A stretch of 64,000 bases of DNA from an uncultured virus (IMG/VR IMGVR_UViG_2534682017_000001) (IMGVR_UViG_2534682017_000001), one strand, 5' to 3'. Counted from the first letter of the stretch, positions 1 to 9,941 are shown. Made by a program: numbers and translations. Notes: a model not told the origin generated them from the letters alone.

Positions 1-804
1 TTAGTTTCTATTTAGCAAATGATAACGGTCCATTGGCGGTAAATGCCAAGGATGGGTATCTATACGCTTATGTAGCTCAGCTCTTTTATCTTTCTCAATG
101 AATGACCAAGCAACAAAGCCACCATCATTGAAATAGTCATGGATTGCTGCGGCCATGTGTGGATTAATTCCCCTTACAGCAGGTCCAAATTGTCTCCACC
201 ATCCGCTTAACCAAGCTAGGTATATAGCCATCGCCCTAACATTGGTGTCTAGTCCTGTATTACCGTTTTTATTACTCATAAGAGCAATGAGATGATGAAC
301 GTATTCAACAGCTACAGGAATCTGATCAAAAGGAATTTCATCTATACCTTGTACACAAAAACGCTGGTGCACTAACTTGTAGGCATCAGAAAAGTTCAAG
401 TTTTTAGTTTTTGCCACTAGTAAATGAATGGCATCGTTGAGAGATACACGTTCAGATTTATGAGTTTTATGTTTTGGTTGAACTTCCCGATCTAGAATAT
501 CTAAAACCCATTTACGGAATTCTTTAGCAATCGCAGTTTTTGCGAACATAGCAATAAGGTGACAACCTCGAAGTGAAAAAACTCTTATAGATTGCAAACC
601 ACCATTTGTTTTCATTTCTACTAACCGAGTCATATTTGTAGAAAACTCTTCAATATTTCGATTAAACAGTTTAATTACAGCCGTTTCAGGATTTGCGTAT
701 CTTAAGGCTAACCCAATTTGGGTTGCCCCTATCCATAGCTGTCCATCATCTATAGAAATTGGGTGTAAGTTCACTTCATTAAAGGTTAATGCTAGACTTG
801 TCAT
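1..804 (-). CDS. BRO-N family antirepressor with P22 Ant-like C-terminal domain
   Basis: 'RVFSLRGCHLIAMFAKTAIAKEFRKWVLDILD' BRO-N motif; C-terminal 'AYKLVHQRF...AVEYVH' shared with 36963-37814. Confidence 0.85.
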   Translation of the reverse strand: MTSLALTFNEVNLHPISIDDGQLWIGATQIGLALRYANPETAVIKLFNRNIEEFSTNMTRLVEMKTNGGLQSIRVFSLRGCHLIAMFAKTAIAKEFRKWVLDILDREVQPKHKTHKSERVSLNDAIHLLVAKTKNLNFSDAYKLVHQRFCVQGIDEIPFDQIPVAVEYVHHLIALMSNKNGNTGLDTNVRAMAIYLAWLSGWWRQFGPAVRGINPHMAAAIHDYFNDGGFVAWSFIEKDKRAELHKRIDTHPWHLPPMDRYHLLNRN

Positions 805-872
805 ATCTGATCTCCTAACCGAGTTGGATAGAAGCCCCTAGTCCGCCAAGATTCAGGGGCTTCATTGTTTTT

Positions 873-1028
873 CTATTTAATGATTTTAGGCTGATCTTTT
901 AGCCACTCTTCGATAATGAGATTTAATTGGGCTGTTAATGAACGTCTGCTTTGTTCAGCATTCTTTTTCAGCTCTTCAATCAATTCGCAAGGCATACGAA
1001 CATTTAATTGTTTATCGTTTCTAGCCAT
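873..1028 (-). CDS. Arc-family ribbon-helix-helix repressor, 51 aa (not in ORF track)
   Basis: Hand translation MARNDKQLNVRMPCELIEELKKNAEQSRRSLTAQLNLIIEEWLKDQPKIIK*; directly upstream of the antirepressor. Confidence 0.85.
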   Translation of the reverse strand: MARNDKQLNVRMPCELIEELKKNAEQSRRSLTAQLNLIIEEWLKDQPKIIK

Positions 1029-1047
1029 ATAGTGTTCCGTATTGTGA

Positions 1048-1101
1048 TATCACGGTGATAATACTATTACGGTGCTAATATTGAAGTCAAGCACGGTACT
1101 A
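1048..1101. promoter_or_regulatory. Three 13-bp operator-like sites between the divergent Arc-family genes
   Basis: TATCACGGTGATA (1048-1060, perfect inverted repeat), TATTACGGTGCTA (1065-1077), AAGCACGGTACTA (1089-1101). Confidence 0.7.
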
Positions 1102-1136
1102 GCATATTCTTATAAAAATTTTTGGACTTCACTTTG

Positions 1137-1586
1137 ATGGCTAGAACAGATCCTCAATTTAATTTACGTGTTCCACAAGAACTCAAACAACAAGTTGAAG
1201 ATGCGGCTAAAGAAAGCGGTAGATCAATAAATGCTGAAGCAGTACATCGTCTAGAAGAGAGTTTTTTACGGTCCACTAATTTTAGCAACAATCAAGCTGA
1301 TGTCAGAATAATCCCCTTAAAAGATGGTAAAAAGCGTGTCATTTATGGGAAATTGTTGAATACACTTGATTTAGATTACACACAGGAACTTTCAAGTCTT
1401 CGTGATGATATCCATCTATCTCTGGAAGTTTTAAGTAACTCTTCTTTCTGGAATTCATTGAAGTTTTTTAATAAAGACATTCTGGTTTATAAAGGCAACA
1501 ATCATATTGATGTTGTAGATAATGGAAAAAAAAGTCTTGGTTGGCTGATTGTTGAAGATCATTATGTACAAAAGTATAAGGAATAA
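1137..1586 (+). CDS. Arc/Mnt-family DNA-binding protein with C-terminal extension
   Basis: 'MARTDPQFNLRVPQELKQQVEDAAKESGRSINAEAVHRLEESF' Arc motif; ATG 1137 preferred over TTG 1122. Confidence 0.85.
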   Translation: MARTDPQFNLRVPQELKQQVEDAAKESGRSINAEAVHRLEESFLRSTNFSNNQADVRIIPLKDGKKRVIYGKLLNTLDLDYTQELSSLRDDIHLSLEVLSNSSFWNSLKFFNKDILVYKGNNHIDVVDNGKKSLGWLIVEDHYVQKYKE

Positions 1587-1812
1587 TGGGAAATCATTTA
1601 AATGTACAATATAATTTAAGACTTTCTTATAGCTTGAAGTAAAAGATTGCTTAATCTTCTAAAGAATTAAATCATTCTATGAATGCAGATATTTTAGCTC
1701 CGTTGGAGGAAAGCTTTGAGGGAAAAATTAAAAATTTAGGATATGTGCCTAATGAAGAGCTAATGAAATAGTTAGCAAAAATATTGGATGGGTTTAGCGT
1801 GGTAGTTAATAA

Positions 1813-2562
1813 GTGATACATAATATAAAAAACAAATTTGAAGATTTTCTCTATAACAACAAACAAATAGGATTAGTCTTTATCTTATTATTAATAATAT
1901 TATTAATCTCACCTATTTCTGTTTATGGAATGATATTTTTCAACCCCATTTCACAAGAGGAGGTAAATTATTATTCAAAGTTTGGGGCATGGTTTACTAC
2001 TTTAGGTGCAATTTTTACAGTAATTAATACTATTGTAGTTATTTACTTAATGATTTGGTTACATAGGAAAGAAACGAGTATAAGTCTTTTGTCACAAATA
2101 ACTGAACTAAGAGAGAATATTGTTGAAATTCAATACACTATAAGCTCTGAAATTGAATATTTTAATGTTCGTCAATACGATATCTATGAAACTTTACATG
2201 AACAAAAATATCAAAGGGGGTTTCATTTTTACGGTCATGATGAATTATATGAACAAGAAATTATTAATCTTAATGAAATTACTAAAAAAACTGAATATTT
2301 ATACGCAAATATTTTATCCTTCAAAGAGCAGTTTAATAATTTTTCTCGCATAGATTTTATTAATTATCAAAATAAATCAAAAATTATAAGTTTAATTAAT
2401 GAAACAATTGTATTGAATAAGCCTTCCACAGAATATAAAAAAAGCTTTATTGTTGGAAGTAGAGAGGATGCTGAGCCAGAAGATATGATTGAAGTAGCAA
2501 AAATAAATTCATTGAAATACATTGATAAAATGCTTGAAATATTAGAAAAAAAAGCACCCTAG
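1813..2562 (+). CDS. Hypothetical membrane protein (2 N-terminal TM segments)
   Basis: 249-aa AT-rich ORF with two hydrophobic stretches. Confidence 0.65.
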   Translation: MIHNIKNKFEDFLYNNKQIGLVFILLLIILLISPISVYGMIFFNPISQEEVNYYSKFGAWFTTLGAIFTVINTIVVIYLMIWLHRKETSISLLSQITELRENIVEIQYTISSEIEYFNVRQYDIYETLHEQKYQRGFHFYGHDELYEQEIINLNEITKKTEYLYANILSFKEQFNNFSRIDFINYQNKSKIISLINETIVLNKPSTEYKKSFIVGSREDAEPEDMIEVAKINSLKYIDKMLEILEKKAP

Positions 2563-2575
2563 GGTGCTTTTTTTT
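2546..2575. terminator. Perfect 30-bp palindrome, probable bidirectional terminator
   Basis: A8-GCACCCTAGGGTGC-T8; central CTAG supplies both convergent stop codons. Confidence 0.75.
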
Positions 2576-3251
2576 GAGAATAAATAAATTTATCAAATAA
2601 AAAATTATTATTATCCATATTGTTTTTGAAAAATTTAAATCGTTGTTTCATATATTGATGATTAATATCCCAATAAATTATATCAAAAGAATTATTATTC
2701 AATTCACTCATACTTTTTACTATTATATTAATTTTCAAATTAAGCTTATCTTTACTTTTTATGAAACTTTGAAAATCACTTATACTCCCACTTTCTACAT
2801 GTTCAATAGCAATATTTCTTGCAAATCCATTTTCACAGCAAAGGCCCAACTCAATAATTTGATATTCCTTCATATTAGCTACATTTTCAATTTTGACGTG
2901 AAAAAAAGGTTGTAATTTCTTTTGTTCATTAAGTGCTGTTTCTTCATATTGCGCTTTCATCTCTGAGAGCTGATCTTCTTGTATTTCAGTTGTTTTTTTC
3001 ATTTCTTCAACTTGAGCAGTTAAAGCTTGAGTATTGTGGCTCAACTCTTCTGCTTGCAGAACTAAGGCTTGTTGACTTTGATAGTAACCAACTACTACCC
3101 AAAGAAAAGCAAGTGGTGATGATACACCTGCTATAAAATCTCCAATTTCATTTAATGTAGAGGGTATTGGTTTCTTGATTAATAAATAAACAATTATTAA
3201 AATCCAGATAAAAGTAAGTATCCATCCAATTTTTACAACATTTTTAACCAT
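2559..3251 (-). CDS. Hypothetical membrane protein (2 TM + coiled coil)
   Basis: 'LNEIGDFIAGVSSPLAFLWVVVGYYQ' followed by a Q/E-rich coil. Confidence 0.75.
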   Translation of the reverse strand: MVKNVVKIGWILTFIWILIIVYLLIKKPIPSTLNEIGDFIAGVSSPLAFLWVVVGYYQSQQALVLQAEELSHNTQALTAQVEEMKKTTEIQEDQLSEMKAQYEETALNEQKKLQPFFHVKIENVANMKEYQIIELGLCCENGFARNIAIEHVESGSISDFQSFIKSKDKLNLKINIIVKSMSELNNNSFDIIYWDINHQYMKQRFKFFKNNMDNNNFLFDKFIYSQKKAP

Positions 3252-3323
3252 AGTCTTACGTTCATAAGGTTTTTATAAACTTATAATCTATCAATAATTA
3301 TAAAAAATATGAATGAGCAGATT

Positions 3324-3944
3324 ATGTGCGCAAACTATGAACCTATATCTAAAGACCGGGTACACATACTAGATCTCTTTCAACCCACTTTCGAATATAA
3401 AGCGGATGTTTATCCGGGTTACGACTGCCCTCTTATATTTTCCAAAGATGGCCATATTGAATGGCGACAAGTAAAGTTCGGTATGATCCCGCCTTGGAAC
3501 CATGATTTGAAGTTCTCTAAGTACACATACAATGCCAGAACTGAAACTGTAGATAAAAAGCCAAGTTTTAGGCATGCATGGGCTAAAAGCCAGTTTGCTT
3601 TAATCCCAGTCGAAAAAATTTATGAGCCTAGGTATGTGAATGGCAAAGCTGAAAGATGGGGAATTTATCGAGAGGACGGCTTACCTTTTACAGTTGCTGC
3701 TATTTATGATTCAACTGTGATTGATGGCCAACAAATTAGATCTATGTCGATGCTGACTATTAATGCAGATAATCACCCTTTTATGTCACAGTTTCATAAG
3801 CCAGAAGATGAAAAGAGATCTATCATCGTAATTCCTGAAGAATACAGAAACGATTGGCTTAACTGTAAAAAAGAAGATGCCGATCAATTTTTCTTTGAAA
3901 TGCCCTTAGGTGAATTTACTGCTGATTTCTTCCCTAGACCTTAA
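3324..3944 (+). CDS. SOS response-associated peptidase (SRAP/YedK/HMCES family)
   Basis: ATG 3324 gives catalytic Cys2 (MCANY); 'YNARTET', 'IYEP' motifs. Confidence 0.9.
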   Translation: MCANYEPISKDRVHILDLFQPTFEYKADVYPGYDCPLIFSKDGHIEWRQVKFGMIPPWNHDLKFSKYTYNARTETVDKKPSFRHAWAKSQFALIPVEKIYEPRYVNGKAERWGIYREDGLPFTVAAIYDSTVIDGQQIRSMSMLTINADNHPFMSQFHKPEDEKRSIIVIPEEYRNDWLNCKKEDADQFFFEMPLGEFTADFFPRP

Positions 3945-4046
3945 TTTATATAAAATTTAAATACTTAATTCAGTATAATAATTTTAAATTCATGATTATA
4001 TTAGAGTATTATTGTGTTAAATCAATTTTTAGTTTTGAGATAATTC

Positions 4047-5360
4047 GTGGATATTCTAATTGTAGGGAATGGTTTTGATCTATCCCATTTTTTACCAACT
4101 AAATATGACCATTTTATGGAAGCAATGAAATCCATTGAAGGCTTTCAAGGTTCATCTGGAATGGAATTTGATGATATTTATAAAATTTTATATGTAAAAG
4201 AAGCATATTTTTTCAATAAAACAAAAGAACTATATAAATATGACTTAATTAAATTAGATAAAGACCAAGTTCAGACATTTAAAGTAATGCTTCAGCAAAA
4301 TATTTGGTATAAATATTTCTTAAATCACGTTAATGATATTCAAACTTGGATTGACTTTGAGCAAAAAATCGAAGAAGCACTTATACATGCAGTAAAGGCA
4401 ATAAATATTGTTAATGAAAAACATTCAACTACTAGATTTTTTAACTCACCAATTTTCACTACACCCCGAGACAATCCAAACTCTTACTTTTTCACTGAGT
4501 TTCAATTTAATATACTTACATGTTTAACTTTTATTATACCAAATCCTCAGAATGCATCTGCTTCTGTTCGAGTGGGGTCATTAAATAGTAATTACTTTAA
4601 ATCACCCGTTAGTGAAATCTATGGCTTAGATAGTTCTAAATTTATTTCTTTCTTACAAAAAGAACTCGATAAATTTATAGAGATATTTAATCTATATTTA
4701 GAGTTAATAATTAATAACTTAGTTCCTATTCAAATGTTTAAAAAAGATAAATTAAAAGAGATAGATAAAGTTTATTCATTTAATTACACAAATACATTTG
4801 AAAAATTTTATAATAATGAAATAAATATAAATTATCTGCATGGAAAATTTGGTTCTAATCAAAATTTAGTTCTTGGAATTTCAGATCTCAATGATGCATC
4901 TCTTAAAAGATTAAAAGCATATGGTTTTACAAAATATCATCAGAAATTATTAAATGAAACTGATTATACATTTTTACATGAAATTATTACAAAATATAAT
5001 GATGATTTAAAGGATCATGAAAATGCTCTTATAAATTTTAGGTCAAGTATCACTGATCACGCTCTTAGATCTCATGCAACTCAAACTTTGGATCAAGTAA
5101 AGAATCGACTTTCAAATATAAATTTGAATTTTTATATTTGGGGACATTCATTAGATGTTTCAGATGAAAGTTATATTAAAGAAATTTTTTCTTTTAATGA
5201 ACATATGGATAATAATGTTCATGTAACTGTATATCATTTCAATAAGGTAGCAAAATTTGATCTATTAGCAAACTTAATTTATATTTTAGGGAAGGAAAAA
5301 GTAGAATATTGGATGAAGAATAAATGGTTAACTTTTAAACCTAATCCAGAAATTATTTAA
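4047..5360 (+). CDS. abiH: AbiH-family abortive infection protein
   Basis: 'ILIVGNGFDL', 'WIDFE', 'SFNYTNT', 'YLHG', 'IWGHSL' motifs. Confidence 0.85.
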   Translation: MDILIVGNGFDLSHFLPTKYDHFMEAMKSIEGFQGSSGMEFDDIYKILYVKEAYFFNKTKELYKYDLIKLDKDQVQTFKVMLQQNIWYKYFLNHVNDIQTWIDFEQKIEEALIHAVKAINIVNEKHSTTRFFNSPIFTTPRDNPNSYFFTEFQFNILTCLTFIIPNPQNASASVRVGSLNSNYFKSPVSEIYGLDSSKFISFLQKELDKFIEIFNLYLELIINNLVPIQMFKKDKLKEIDKVYSFNYTNTFEKFYNNEININYLHGKFGSNQNLVLGISDLNDASLKRLKAYGFTKYHQKLLNETDYTFLHEIITKYNDDLKDHENALINFRSSITDHALRSHATQTLDQVKNRLSNINLNFYIWGHSLDVSDESYIKEIFSFNEHMDNNVHVTVYHFNKVAKFDLLANLIYILGKEKVEYWMKNKWLTFKPNPEII

Positions 5361-5548
5361 AATTTTATTGAAGAATAATATCTTTAAATTTAGAAAGAGG
5401 ATGTCTCAATTAAAAAAATGGGGCTATAACCTCTTTTCACTTGAAGAAATTCCGACCAAATGCACAATGAAGCGCGACAAGTTACGACTAGTTATTATTT
5501 ATCCACAACTTTTTAAATTTGAAATTTAACTAAACTCTAGCATATCAT

Positions 5549-5573
5549 CTTGAATATGTTACAAATTCAAGTT
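5549..5573. promoter_or_regulatory. Acinetobacter DNA-damage (UmuDAb-type) operator
   Basis: CTTGAA-N11-TTCAAGTT just upstream of the umuD RBS. Confidence 0.75.
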
Positions 5574-5585
5574 AGGGGATATTCT

Positions 5586-6086
5586 ATGAGCGAAATTGCA
5601 CCATCCATTATCCAGATAAAACCATATCTACAAAGTAGTATTGTTTTATCTGAAGCCCTATCAATCAAGCAAGTTATACCAACTACTCATATGCTTGTCC
5701 CCTATGCTCTAGAGAAGATTTCGGCAGGTTTTCCCAGCCCAGCACAAGATTACATCGACAAAGCTCTCGATATGAACGAGCACTTAATAAAAAATGAAAC
5801 TGCTACGTTTATTGTCAAAGTTGCTTCGCTTTCTATGTTGAATGCAGGAATCGAAATTGATGACGAGCTGATTGTCGATCGTAGTCTTGATGCCAAACAC
5901 GGCGATATTGTAGTCGCACTAATCGATAATGATTTTACGGTTAAGCGTCTGATGATTGATGAATCGGGTCAGTGGCTTAAAGCAGAAAACCCTGAGTATA
6001 AAAATATTTATCTGGCAGATGGACAGGAACTAATTATCTGGGGCGTTGTCACTCATATCATTAAAATGACAAGAAAAAGATCATGA
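5586..6086 (+). CDS. umuD: DNA polymerase V subunit UmuD (S24 peptidase)
   Basis: '[11 protein letters not shown]' cleavage region, 'SM' Ser and 'VKRL' Lys; RBS before ATG 5586. Confidence 0.93.
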   Translation: MSEIAPSIIQIKPYLQSSIVLSEALSIKQVIPTTHMLVPYALEKISAGFPSPAQDYIDKALDMNEHLIKNETATFIVKVASLSMLNAGIEIDDELIVDRSLDAKHGDIVVALIDNDFTVKRLMIDESGQWLKAENPEYKNIYLADGQELIIWGVVTHIIKMTRKRS

Positions 6087-7381
6087 AACATGAGAATAAA
6101 GTCTTTTTTCTCATCGATGTGAATAACATGTACGTTTCATGTGAGAGAGTCTTTGACCCAAGTTTGAATAATAAGCCTGTGATTGTTCTCAGCAATAACG
6201 ATGGGTGTGCCGTTGCTCGCAGCAATGAATCAAAAGCGCTAGGCATTAAAATGGGCGTTCCACTATTCCAGATCAAAGATATAGTTCAGCAAAACAAGGT
6301 AATTGTACTTTCAAGCAACTATGCAATGTATGCAGAAATGTCGAGACGTTTCCATAAGATTCTGAGCTCTTACGTAACCGCAGAAGATGTTGAACCTTAT
6401 TCGATTGATGAATGCTTTGTTGATTTCACAGCTTATGAGAAGAACTTTGATTTAGAGAAAGTTGGCCAAGAGATGCGTAAACAAATTTGGAAGTGGCTTG
6501 GCTTACCAGTCTGTATTGGTATCGGCAGAAGTAAAACAGAATCTAAGATTGCAAATTATATTGCTAAAAAGAATTCTGGCTTTAACAGTGTGTGCGATCT
6601 CGTAAATATGGATCCATGCAATAAAGAATATTACTTCGCTCAAATAGACGTTTCAGAAGTTTGGGGCGTGGGCCGTAAGCACTCAAAAAAGTTGCAAAGC
6701 ATGGGAATTAATACGGTGCTTGATTTAGCTTGTGCTGAGCCTCGAGAGATGCAAAAGAAATTTTCTATCGTCATGGCTCGCACGATCTACGAACTCCAAG
6801 GCATCTCATGCATTGAGATCGAACATACTCCCCCATCAAAAAAACAAATTGTTGCCAGCCGGTCTTTCGGTGGTCGCGTAACTGAATTAACAGATCTAAA
6901 AGAAGCTATCTCAATGTATGCGCAAGATGCATGTAAGAGGCTACGTGATGAAGAGCTTTTATGCGGATGTATGATTGCTTTTGTGCAGTCAAATCCTTTT
7001 GATCCCAATGTGCCCTTTTACAATAAATCTATTACAGGATCTTTTTCAGAACCGACTGACTGCGCATTAGATTTTGTCAAAGCAGCGACAAGGATGTTAA
7101 ATGAAATCTATAAGGAAGGAATTAAATATAAAAAATGTGGTGTAGTGCTGACATGTTTAGAGCCAAAATCTGGCCATACTTATGACTTATTAACTGACTT
7201 TAAACATATAGAGAAAAAGGAATGTTTGATGCAAGCTATGGATGGTATCCATAGCAAGTTTGGAAAGAAGAAATTAGGTGTCGGCCCATGTTTTGTTCCC
7301 AATCGAAACTGGTCGATGTCACGAGACAAACTTAGTAGAAATCCATTTAAGTGGGATGAATTACTAATTATAAAAAATTAA
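6083..7381 (+). CDS. umuC: Y-family DNA polymerase V subunit UmuC
   Basis: '[12 protein letters not shown]', 'VLSNNDGC', 'YSIDE'; ATGA overlap with umuD. Confidence 0.95.
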   Translation: MKHENKVFFLIDVNNMYVSCERVFDPSLNNKPVIVLSNNDGCAVARSNESKALGIKMGVPLFQIKDIVQQNKVIVLSSNYAMYAEMSRRFHKILSSYVTAEDVEPYSIDECFVDFTAYEKNFDLEKVGQEMRKQIWKWLGLPVCIGIGRSKTESKIANYIAKKNSGFNSVCDLVNMDPCNKEYYFAQIDVSEVWGVGRKHSKKLQSMGINTVLDLACAEPREMQKKFSIVMARTIYELQGISCIEIEHTPPSKKQIVASRSFGGRVTELTDLKEAISMYAQDACKRLRDEELLCGCMIAFVQSNPFDPNVPFYNKSITGSFSEPTDCALDFVKAATRMLNEIYKEGIKYKKCGVVLTCLEPKSGHTYDLLTDFKHIEKKECLMQAMDGIHSKFGKKKLGVGPCFVPNRNWSMSRDKLSRNPFKWDELLIIKN

Positions 7382-7415
7382 AATATAATTATTTTTTTAA
7401 TACGTTTATGACTAC

Positions 7416-8084
7416 ATGGAAATTCTGAAAAAAACGTCTTTTTGGTTCTTTGTAACTGCAATTGTCTACTGTGTAGCAATGCTAATTTTTATTTCTTTAA
7501 AAACTTTCCTCTTCGAAAGTGCAGAAATGATTTCTGCTTTTGGATCAATTCTAGGAGCTTTAGCAGCTTTTTTTGCAGCGTTTACGGCCCTATATGTTTT
7601 TAATGGCTGGAGAGTAACCGAGGATCATAGAACACAAAATACACATATAAATAGTGCAGTAAATTCATTCTTTAATTTGCAAAACTCTTTAAAGTCAACC
7701 TTAGATCAAACTATTGAAATTAGTAACCTTTGTTCTCAACAAATTTTAGATTTTAAAGATAGAACACAGATACTCATAATAACAAGTAAAATACAAACCG
7801 AAATTTCGTTTTTTCTTCGAGAATTTAAAATTCACTTGCAAATGTTTTCAACAATCAGCAATACAATAAGTTTATGTGAGGAATATGAGAGAGTCATAGA
7901 TGATCTAGAAAATGCAATATCGAAAAAGTATGGATTCCTAATTGAGGCGACACGAGATAAAACACCAAGCGAAATATCAGATGCCTATAAAATTTACTCA
8001 GCCTATATAGCTGGAGATCTAGTTGTGCATTTACATAATAAGATAATTTTAGATATTACTAAGAGATCAAAAGCTACAGACTAA
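7416..8084 (+). CDS. Hypothetical membrane protein (moron)
   Basis: 222-aa ORF, two N-terminal TM segments. Confidence 0.7.
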   Translation: MEILKKTSFWFFVTAIVYCVAMLIFISLKTFLFESAEMISAFGSILGALAAFFAAFTALYVFNGWRVTEDHRTQNTHINSAVNSFFNLQNSLKSTLDQTIEISNLCSQQILDFKDRTQILIITSKIQTEISFFLREFKIHLQMFSTISNTISLCEEYERVIDDLENAISKKYGFLIEATRDKTPSEISDAYKIYSAYIAGDLVVHLHNKIILDITKRSKATD

Positions 8085-8138
8085 TCTAAATATGAGCTGT
8101 GCATCCTGATAGCAGAATGCACAGTAAAACCAGATACT

Positions 8139-8189
8139 TCATATGAATATTCTGTTACCGATCCAGTCATAGAAAAATTTTTCCTGATC
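8139..8189 (-). pseudogene. Endolysin 3'-end relic 1
   Basis: Translates DQEKFFYDWIGNRIFI* versus intact TQEQFFYGWIANRISL*. Confidence 0.8.
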
Positions 8190-8248
8190 GAACTTGGTCG
8201 ATGTCGAGAGATAAATTGAGTAGAAATCCTTTATTATTGATCGTATGA
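8183..8248 (+). pseudogene. umuC 3'-end relic
   Basis: Translates [21 protein letters not shown] versus intact [17 protein letters not shown]. Confidence 0.85.
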
Positions 8249-8290
8249 GCTGTGCATTCTGTTTTCAGGATGCGCAGCAAAACCAAAATT

Positions 8291-8377
8291 TCATAATGAA
8301 ATGCGGTTAGCGATCCAACCGTAAAAGAATTGCTCTTGGCTTGGATTTCACTCACAGATTTTGATATAGCCATGGCT
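8291..8377 (-). pseudogene. Endolysin 3'-end relic 2 with internal stop
   Basis: Translates SHGYIKICE*NPSQEQFFYGWIANRISL* versus intact GQRYIEICERNPTQEQFFYGWIANRISL*. Confidence 0.85.
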
Positions 8378-8652
8378 TTATCTTATAAGACTAAAATTGC
8401 TATTTTCTAGATCTGTCAACCAATTTTTATTGCTAAAATTTTAGTTTGTCAACTCAATATACTTTTTATAAAAAACAAAATAAATTTGGAAAGCACCTTA
8501 GATAATTACTCTTTCGAACATCTAATAAATTACTAAAGCCCTCTCTTGAGGGCTTTCCCCTATTTCTATCCATAATCAACTTTAGCAGCACATTCATTAC
8601 CTTTTGCAATCATATCAACCGCCCAAAGGATAATAACTTTACTCCAAATAAT

Positions 8653-8680
8653 AAAAACCCGCATATATTTGCGGGTTTTT
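8653..8680. terminator. Intrinsic terminator
   Basis: AAAAACCCGCA-tatatt-TGCGGGTTTTT downstream of 8691-9197. Confidence 0.75.
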
Positions 8681-8690
8681 GAACTAAAAA

Positions 8691-9197
8691 TTACTTTTCG
8701 TCGATCACCATAAAACTTCCAGCAGCTGAACCTGAATTAATAAGAATTGTATAATTATCACACTCATATTTTTGATCAACGAATTCACCGTATTTTCCAT
8801 CAACACCTTTTTTTATTTTCCAATTAGATTTAGGTAATCCATATAACTCTGTAAGAATTTTTCTTAACTTAATGTGGTTAATATCATCAAAATTAAAATT
8901 CACGCTATAACCAGAAATAAGATAATTGCGTTTATAATACTGAATGTAACTAAAAGATTGAACTGGTGTTCCTAATAGCCAATATTTCTCAACTTTAGGA
9001 CCAATAAGAGCTTCCCCAAACTTACTATTATTCTTATTCCAAACTTTATTATCTATTTCTACCTTATATTTTTCTAATTTCCTAACATCATGCCCAAGAC
9101 CAACGTCAGCAATTACGATTTGATCTTTAGGTACTTCACAAACAGAAGCCCAAACAGCAATAGGAAAATAAAAGGCAATTAATAAAATTCTTTTCAT
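8691..9197 (-). CDS. Hypothetical exported protein (moron)
   Basis: Signal peptide MKRILLIAFYFPIAVWA from ATG 9197. Confidence 0.7.
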   Translation of the reverse strand: MKRILLIAFYFPIAVWASVCEVPKDQIVIADVGLGHDVRKLEKYKVEIDNKVWNKNNSKFGEALIGPKVEKYWLLGTPVQSFSYIQYYKRNYLISGYSVNFNFDDINHIKLRKILTELYGLPKSNWKIKKGVDGKYGEFVDQKYECDNYTILINSGSAAGSFMVIDEK

Positions 9198-9395
9198 AAT
9201 ATTCCAATAATTTACTTCAAAAAAGAGATTATGATATTTCAACATAATTTGCTCAACAAAAGATTCTACTATGGGCAGAACTTCCACCATTTTTAATTAA
9301 ATTTTTGCCGTTTGGAAATGGTTAAGATAGGCATATGAGAATCATTAAAAATGCTGTGCATCCTGATAAAAAAATGCACAGCAAAATCAGAGCCT

Positions 9396-9941
9396 TCATA
9401 GTGAAATACGGTTAGCGATCCAACCGTAAAAGAATTGCTCTTGAGTTGGATTGCGTTCACAAATTTCAATATAGCGTTGGCCCTGCATAATATTTAGTAC
9501 ACGCACCAGGACTTTCTCGCCTTCTTTACCTCTTTTAGATAGATAAGTTTTGAGTGCATTTAGTGTGGCTGGACCATAAATTCCATCTATAGATAAATCT
9601 GGCCAACCTGCTTTACCTTGATTGTTGAGCAAGTTCAAAGCACGTTGTAGAAGTGGTTTTGCAAATCCGGTACCACAGTTCACGCCAGTATCTAAAAGCT
9701 CTTCAGCAACAGCTGATGAAATAGAATTCACCTGGTCAAAACGTGGAGCTGTCCAGTACTGTTTTTTATAAACGGCTTTTGCGGTTTCAAGGGGTAAGTC
9801 TTTCATATTGCCTTTAAAACCATTTGCTCGAGCAACTGCTTCAGTAATGCCGTATTTGGTTGCACCTCCTCGATCCGCTGGGTTATTTACATAACCACCT
9901 TCGCGTTTGATGAGATCATCAAGATATTGTTCAATATTCAT
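9396..9941 (-). CDS. Endolysin, glycosyl hydrolase 108 family with peptidoglycan-binding domain
   Basis: 'REGGYVNNPADRGGATKYGIT', 'DGIYGPAT', 'FFYGWIANRI'; start MNIEQ. Confidence 0.93.
   Translation of the reverse strand: MNIEQYLDDLIKREGGYVNNPADRGGATKYGITEAVARANGFKGNMKDLPLETAKAVYKKQYWTAPRFDQVNSISSAVAEELLDTGVNCGTGFAKPLLQRALNLLNNQGKAGWPDLSIDGIYGPATLNALKTYLSKRGKEGEKVLVRVLNIMQGQRYIEICERNPTQEQFFYGWIANRISL

Larger units (their letters stand above)
8096..9382. repeat. Three copies of a ~30-bp hairpin (8096-8124, 8249-8278, 9353-9382)
   Basis: GCTGTGCAT...ATGC(A/G)CAG, each followed by AAAA(C/T)CA...TTCATA containing an endolysin-type stop codon. Confidence 0.85.

Noticed and set aside
8167..8373. 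Track ORF MAISKSVSEIQAKS..., which resembles a small DNA-binding protein start
   Set aside because: It is an alternative frame across the endolysin and umuC relics and the hairpin
8139..8377. Lysin 3' copies as a DGR template or shufflon
   Set aside because: No reverse transcriptase or invertase in the window; differences are not adenine-specific; one copy has a stop
8096..9382. Palindromic ~30-bp repeats as a CRISPR array or attC sites
   Set aside because: Irregular spacing (~150 and ~1100 bp), intervening sequence is gene ends, no cas or integron integrase
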